From NCBI GenBank assembly GCA_040776945.1, contig JAXGZN010000001.1, positions 96,001 through 160,000 on the forward strand: 64,000 nucleotides of DNA, read 5' to 3'. The DNA comes from Methanomassiliicoccaceae archaeon. GTDB taxonomy: Archaea > Thermoplasmatota > Thermoplasmata > Methanomassiliicoccales > Methanomassiliicoccaceae. The notes below the pieces were generated by a model that was given only the letters and a program-made list of their open reading frames with translations, was not told the origin of the DNA and did no database searches. The position numbers and the translations under genes were made by a program. This document shows, piece after piece, positions 60,034 through 64,000 of this stretch (within the stretch, counting starts at the first letter, position 1; each line of letters starts with the position of its first letter).

Positions 60034-60714
60034 TTGATAAAGGCCACCTTCCCCGAGCATTCCGCCATGCTCATGATCGGAAGCCCGGGCATTGGGATGC
60101 TGGAGTTCGCGGTCAGCATAGCGAAGGACTGGATGGAGCAGGACAGCGTGGTCATATTCATAACCGTGGACCTGCTGCCTTCGGACCTGCTTAACATCAT
60201 GACCTCCTTCGGGGTGTCCAAGGAAGTGCTCGGGCGCAATCTGTTCATCATCGATTACCATTCCTCGCTTCTCGGCTCACTGGACGTCAGCACGAACTGC
60301 AATGGAACGGAGATCAGGAAGGTATCCGACCTTGAGGGCATAATGTTCAACATCTCAACTCTGGCAGAGAGTACAAAGCGGCCGGTGAAGATCGTCATAC
60401 ACTCATTGTCGACCTTGTTCCTTTATAATCAGGTCAACGTGGTCCTAAAGTTCTTCCAGATATCGTCCTCGCGCATCCGGAACGAGTTTGGCACCGCGTT
60501 CTTCACGATCCATGAAGGGGTGCATGACGATAAGACCGTGAACCATCTCATGGCCATTGCGGATGGGGTATTGGAGCTCAAGTTCGATCAGGATCTGAAC
60601 CGAAGGATGAGGGTCCGCAACATGAGGGGATGCGTCACCTCCTCCCAGTGGATACCGTTCGAGATAAAGCAGGCTTCCAACAACCATTCGTCCTCTCTTC
60701 TTGAATGGCAATAG
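60034..60714 (+). CDS. RAD55/KaiC-like ATPase, degenerate
   Basis: GSPGIGML, HSLSTL, ADGVLEL..NMRG. Confidence 0.8.
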   Translation: MIKATFPEHSAMLMIGSPGIGMLEFAVSIAKDWMEQDSVVIFITVDLLPSDLLNIMTSFGVSKEVLGRNLFIIDYHSSLLGSLDVSTNCNGTEIRKVSDLEGIMFNISTLAESTKRPVKIVIHSLSTLFLYNQVNVVLKFFQISSSRIRNEFGTAFFTIHEGVHDDKTVNHLMAIADGVLELKFDQDLNRRMRVRNMRGCVTSSQWIPFEIKQASNNHSSSLLEWQ

Positions 60715-60767
60715 CTTGTGTTCGGAAGAGGAAATGAGATGATATTACGGGTTGGATTAAGGCCCGG

Positions 60768-60980
60768 TCACTCGAACTCTTCGGCCGCGATCGTCCCGTA
60801 GATGGAGGCTTTGAAGCTCTCGCGGTTCTGCGCGGTGGCCCGGACATAGGCCTCGCATTGGGTCTTAGGCCTCACTACAAGTCTCTTTGACTGGCAGAAT
60901 ATCAGCCCCTCGTTCACTCCCGCCTCGGGCCTCTTGTCGGAATAGAGGCAGGCAAAGCATAGATATTGGTCTTTGTTCAA
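60768..60980 (-). CDS. Small Cys-containing hypothetical protein
   Basis: CFAC..FC..C pattern, TTG start. Confidence 0.5.
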   Translation of the reverse strand: MNKDQYLCFACLYSDKRPEAGVNEGLIFCQSKRLVVRPKTQCEAYVRATAQNRESFKASIYGTIAAEEFE

Positions 60981-61009
60981 CGGACTTGCCCAAGTTGTGT
61001 AGCTATTTA

Positions 61010-62050
61010 TTAATTCTGCCCTGGGTCCAGTCTGCCGGCTAGGAATGTGGTCAGGTCTTCCACCGGCATGGTCCCGACACGGCCCAGGTTGACCACGCAG
61101 AAAGGACAGGGGGCGATCATTATGTCCGCCCCGGCGTCCTTGGCCGAACGCAACTTCCGGCGGGCCATCTTCTCTGCCACTTCTGGTCGGGATGCTGCCA
61201 CTCCCCCTCCGCCTCCGCAGCAGTCGTCCTGATCCCTGTGCTCGATGACCTTTACGCCAGGGACGCTTTCCAGGATATCCTTGACCATGTCGATCGTATG
61301 CGGGCCCACCACCCGCGCGAGGTGGCAGGGCCGGTGGAGCGCTATCTTCATGGGCGGGGCGCTCGTGTCGAACCTTTCCTCCGATATTTTGGCAGCATGC
61401 AGATGTTCGATGATATGCCAGGCGTCCTTACCGTAAGCGGCGCGCAGCTGGGCGGTGCACCCGGGGCATGCGGTCACTAACCTCGATGTCTTGAGCACGG
61501 CCTTGTTGTTCGCCTCGACCTTTCTCAACTGGTCGGTCGCCCCGATCTTCTCCAACGGCGATCCGCAGCATGACCATGCCGAGGGCACATAGGGTCGGGC
61601 ACCTGATGCCTCAAGCAGCCTGAGGGCGGCGGCGACCGAACCGGGCAGGCGGCCTTCGGCGATGCAGCCTGGGAAGAACACGAGGTCGCCCTCCGATGGA
61701 TATGACTGGGCCGAGGACGGCGGGACCACCGCGCGTCCGGAATCCTCGATGGCCCTTATCATCCTGAGCTGTCCTGCAGGCCGGTCGGCGCCTTCCAGGA
61801 CAATGCTCCTCATCCGCACGAGCGCGGCGGGCAGAGGAAGACGGGAAGGACAGACCTCCTCACAGCGCCCGCAAGTGGTGCACATGTACAACGCGCCCTT
61901 CAAGGCCTTCAGGTGCGGGTCGAAGCGAGGGGCCTCGATCACAAGCCGCCTGGGGCCGGGGAAGGCCTCGCGTCCTTCCTGGGCCAGTACTGGGCATGCG
62001 CGGACACAAGCGCCGCACCGGATGCAGCCGTCCATGGTCCTGGAGGTCAT
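61010..62050 (-). CDS. glpC: Anaerobic glycerol-3-phosphate dehydrogenase subunit C (Fe-S/CCG)
   Basis: Two CxxCxxCxxxCP motifs, two CCG domains; operon with glpAB. Confidence 0.8.
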   Translation of the reverse strand: MTSRTMDGCIRCGACVRACPVLAQEGREAFPGPRRLVIEAPRFDPHLKALKGALYMCTTCGRCEEVCPSRLPLPAALVRMRSIVLEGADRPAGQLRMIRAIEDSGRAVVPPSSAQSYPSEGDLVFFPGCIAEGRLPGSVAAALRLLEASGARPYVPSAWSCCGSPLEKIGATDQLRKVEANNKAVLKTSRLVTACPGCTAQLRAAYGKDAWHIIEHLHAAKISEERFDTSAPPMKIALHRPCHLARVVGPHTIDMVKDILESVPGVKVIEHRDQDDCCGGGGGVAASRPEVAEKMARRKLRSAKDAGADIMIAPCPFCVVNLGRVGTMPVEDLTTFLAGRLDPGQN

Positions 62051-63162
62051 AGCGCCTCCGTGATCAGGGCGGCGGCCTCCAGGGCCGAGGATGCCACGTG
62101 CCCTAGGCCACGTCCGAGAGGGAAGGACAGGCCTGCTATCGCTGAGCCCGCCACCAGCAGGTTGTTCACGGTCTTGCCGTCGTCCATCACGGCGTGCATC
62201 TCTTGGTCCAGAAGCCCCGATGACAGGACCGAGGCAAGCGGAGCGCCGCCAGCATTCTGACCGCATGTCTTGAGAGGGGCTATCGGAGCACAGGTTCTCT
62301 CTCCATCGATGGTCAGGCCGCCGCCGACCAGGTTGCCTATTGCAAGGACCGCGGCACGGAAACCGATCTCTTGCTCCCGAAGGCCGGACCGGACCACAGC
62401 GCTTGTCGCCGCTCCGTTCCTGAACACCATCCTTCTGACCTCTCGGCCCTTTAAAAGGCGGCAGCCCGAGCGCCGGACATGGTCCTCAAGACATGCCTGC
62501 AGACGGCGCCCTGGCACAGACAGGGGGGTCGCGGGTTCACGGACATGACGGCCAGAGGCCCGCTCCAGGCGCTCAAGGGCCCGGGCATACAGCGGCCCGG
62601 AGAACAGGGGCGGGACCACCACGAGATCCTCTTCGACCTCCGATAAAGGGCCGCATAAGATGTCCACTGCCTCCTGGGCCTCTTCAGACAACGTTCGACC
62701 GTTACCGGAACCGATCTCGGCCGGAACGCCAGGGTCTGTCCAGAGTGGGCGGCATTCCAGGTCCGGGTAACGCCGGGAAAGTGAACGGCAGACCGCATCG
62801 GGGTCCATGCATCCGTTTCCCCTTAGCCCCAGGACCGCCGTGCTCATTTGGCCGGACGCCAGCCAATCATGCGCCGATGTCAGGTCTTGGGTCGTTATTG
62901 TGCCTAGGCAGGAGATGGCGGGTACCTTTCCGGTCGAAGAACTGTAAAGTCCATGGCCCTCGCCGACCGACCTGAAAAGACAGACAAGCCGTTCCCGATC
63001 TACTTCGGGGAGGGACACTCTCGAGGTAGAGAGTTCGGTGGCGGTGGTGCCCAGGCCGACCACTATCACATCGAGCCCCTTTTGAGCCATGGCCGCACCG
63101 GCCAGGCACCCTGAGGCGCCGTGACCGATGACCAGCACATCGCACTGCGTTCCGGCGATCAT
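62047..63162 (-). CDS. glpB: Anaerobic glycerol-3-phosphate dehydrogenase subunit B
   Basis: DVLVIGHGASG, PLSVPGRRL, GNLVGGGL. Confidence 0.8.
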   Translation of the reverse strand: MIAGTQCDVLVIGHGASGCLAGAAMAQKGLDVIVVGLGTTATELSTSRVSLPEVDRERLVCLFRSVGEGHGLYSSSTGKVPAISCLGTITTQDLTSAHDWLASGQMSTAVLGLRGNGCMDPDAVCRSLSRRYPDLECRPLWTDPGVPAEIGSGNGRTLSEEAQEAVDILCGPLSEVEEDLVVVPPLFSGPLYARALERLERASGRHVREPATPLSVPGRRLQACLEDHVRRSGCRLLKGREVRRMVFRNGAATSAVVRSGLREQEIGFRAAVLAIGNLVGGGLTIDGERTCAPIAPLKTCGQNAGGAPLASVLSSGLLDQEMHAVMDDGKTVNNLLVAGSAIAGLSFPLGRGLGHVASSALEAAALITEAL

Positions 63163-64000
63163 CGTCGTCCACCCCCTGTATGGTCCAGGCCATAGCATTT
63201 GAGGATGTGGGCCTTGAACACCTCCTGGCGGAGCTGTTCGCCCTGGAGCACTGGAGCGATGCCTTTCCATCTTTCATCGAGGAAACTTTCGGCCGCTTCG
63301 ATGGGGTCGCCCTCCGGAAGCAGCGCGGCAATGCGGAAGGCGCAAAGCCCTGCTTGGCAGAAGCCCATGCCTGCACGGGTGCGGCGCATGAGGTCGGCCG
63401 GGGACCGCACGTCCGGATAGGAGGCGAAGAATTCCAGCTCTCCTCTGGTCACCGCCTCGCAGGAGCATGCCTCGTCGGCCCCCATGGGCGTCGACAGGCA
63501 ATGGTCCGCTACCTTGTTGGAGACGATGCCGTACTTGGAGGCCATCAGGGAGCGGTGAAAGCTAGAAAGGCTCTCTGCAGGCGGAGATATATCCTCGATC
63601 ATAGTGCGGCAGGAGGCCTTCCGGCCGAGCTTGGACATCACCATGTCCGAAGCCTTCTCGGCCATCAGGCGATATGTGGTAAGCTTTCCTCCCGCCACGC
63701 TAACCAGGTTATCCACTCCCTCATCTTCGTGGTCGACCACCTGGAATCCCCTGGACGCTTTGCGCCCATGCCCGGTCCCCGAGAGCAGGGGACGGACCCC
63801 GGCATAGGCGCGGACGACCCTGGTCGATAACACCTCAGGGACGGCGGCGGCCGCTTCCCTAAGCAATCTCTCCGACTCCTCCCGGGTCGCCCTTGCTCCG
63901 TCGAGGTTTCCTTCTCCTGAGGTCGTTCCCAGGATCGTCGAGGAGCGGTGGGGGACGAGTATGTCCCCGTCCGAGGGTGGCCGGAGGCGGTTCACCAGTC
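63159..64000 (-). CDS. glpA: Anaerobic glycerol-3-phosphate dehydrogenase subunit A (partial)
   Basis: PPSDGD, YAGVRPL, GGKLTTYRLMAE, CSCE..RRTRAGMGFCQ..C, ERWKG. Confidence 0.9.
   Translation of the reverse strand, partial: LVNRLRPPSDGDILVPHRSSTILGTTSGEGNLDGARATREESERLLREAAAAVPEVLSTRVVRAYAGVRPLLSGTGHGRKASRGFQVVDHEDEGVDNLVSVAGGKLTTYRLMAEKASDMVMSKLGRKASCRTMIEDISPPAESLSSFHRSLMASKYGIVSNKVADHCLSTPMGADEACSCEAVTRGELEFFASYPDVRSPADLMRRTRAGMGFCQAGLCAFRIAALLPEGDPIEAAESFLDERWKGIAPVLQGEQLRQEVFKAHILKCYGLDHTGGGRR

Overview
Archaeal chromosomal segment. Gene content (long HdrA with MvhD/MvhG, r-protein operon lacking eL34/eL14, GlpABC) points to a Methanomassiliicoccales-like (Thermoplasmatota) methanogen; this assignment is inferred. 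In order: hdrA-mvhD-mvhG(partial); ftsZ and the RNase P/proteasome/exosome superoperon; tyrS and small accessory genes; the large S10/spc-type r-protein operon (rpl3 to secY-cmk-cbf5); an accessory stretch (HTH regulator with triple operator, IS21 relic, RecA-like/small protein/PolB2 cassette, TctA, ABC exporter); purine salvage genes; a C15orf41-like nuclease next to a Cas4-like nuclease with four inserted membrane helices; glmS-glmU; two KaiC-like ATPases; glpCBA(partial). No rRNA, tRNA or CRISPR array was recognised. Best leads: the membrane-anchored solo Cas4 plus C15orf41-like pair, a structured ~190-nt rpl3 leader, the PolB2 cassette with an upstream inverted repeat, and an adenine deaminase homologue lacking catalytic ligands. 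All calls come from motif recognition by eye; no database searches were run.
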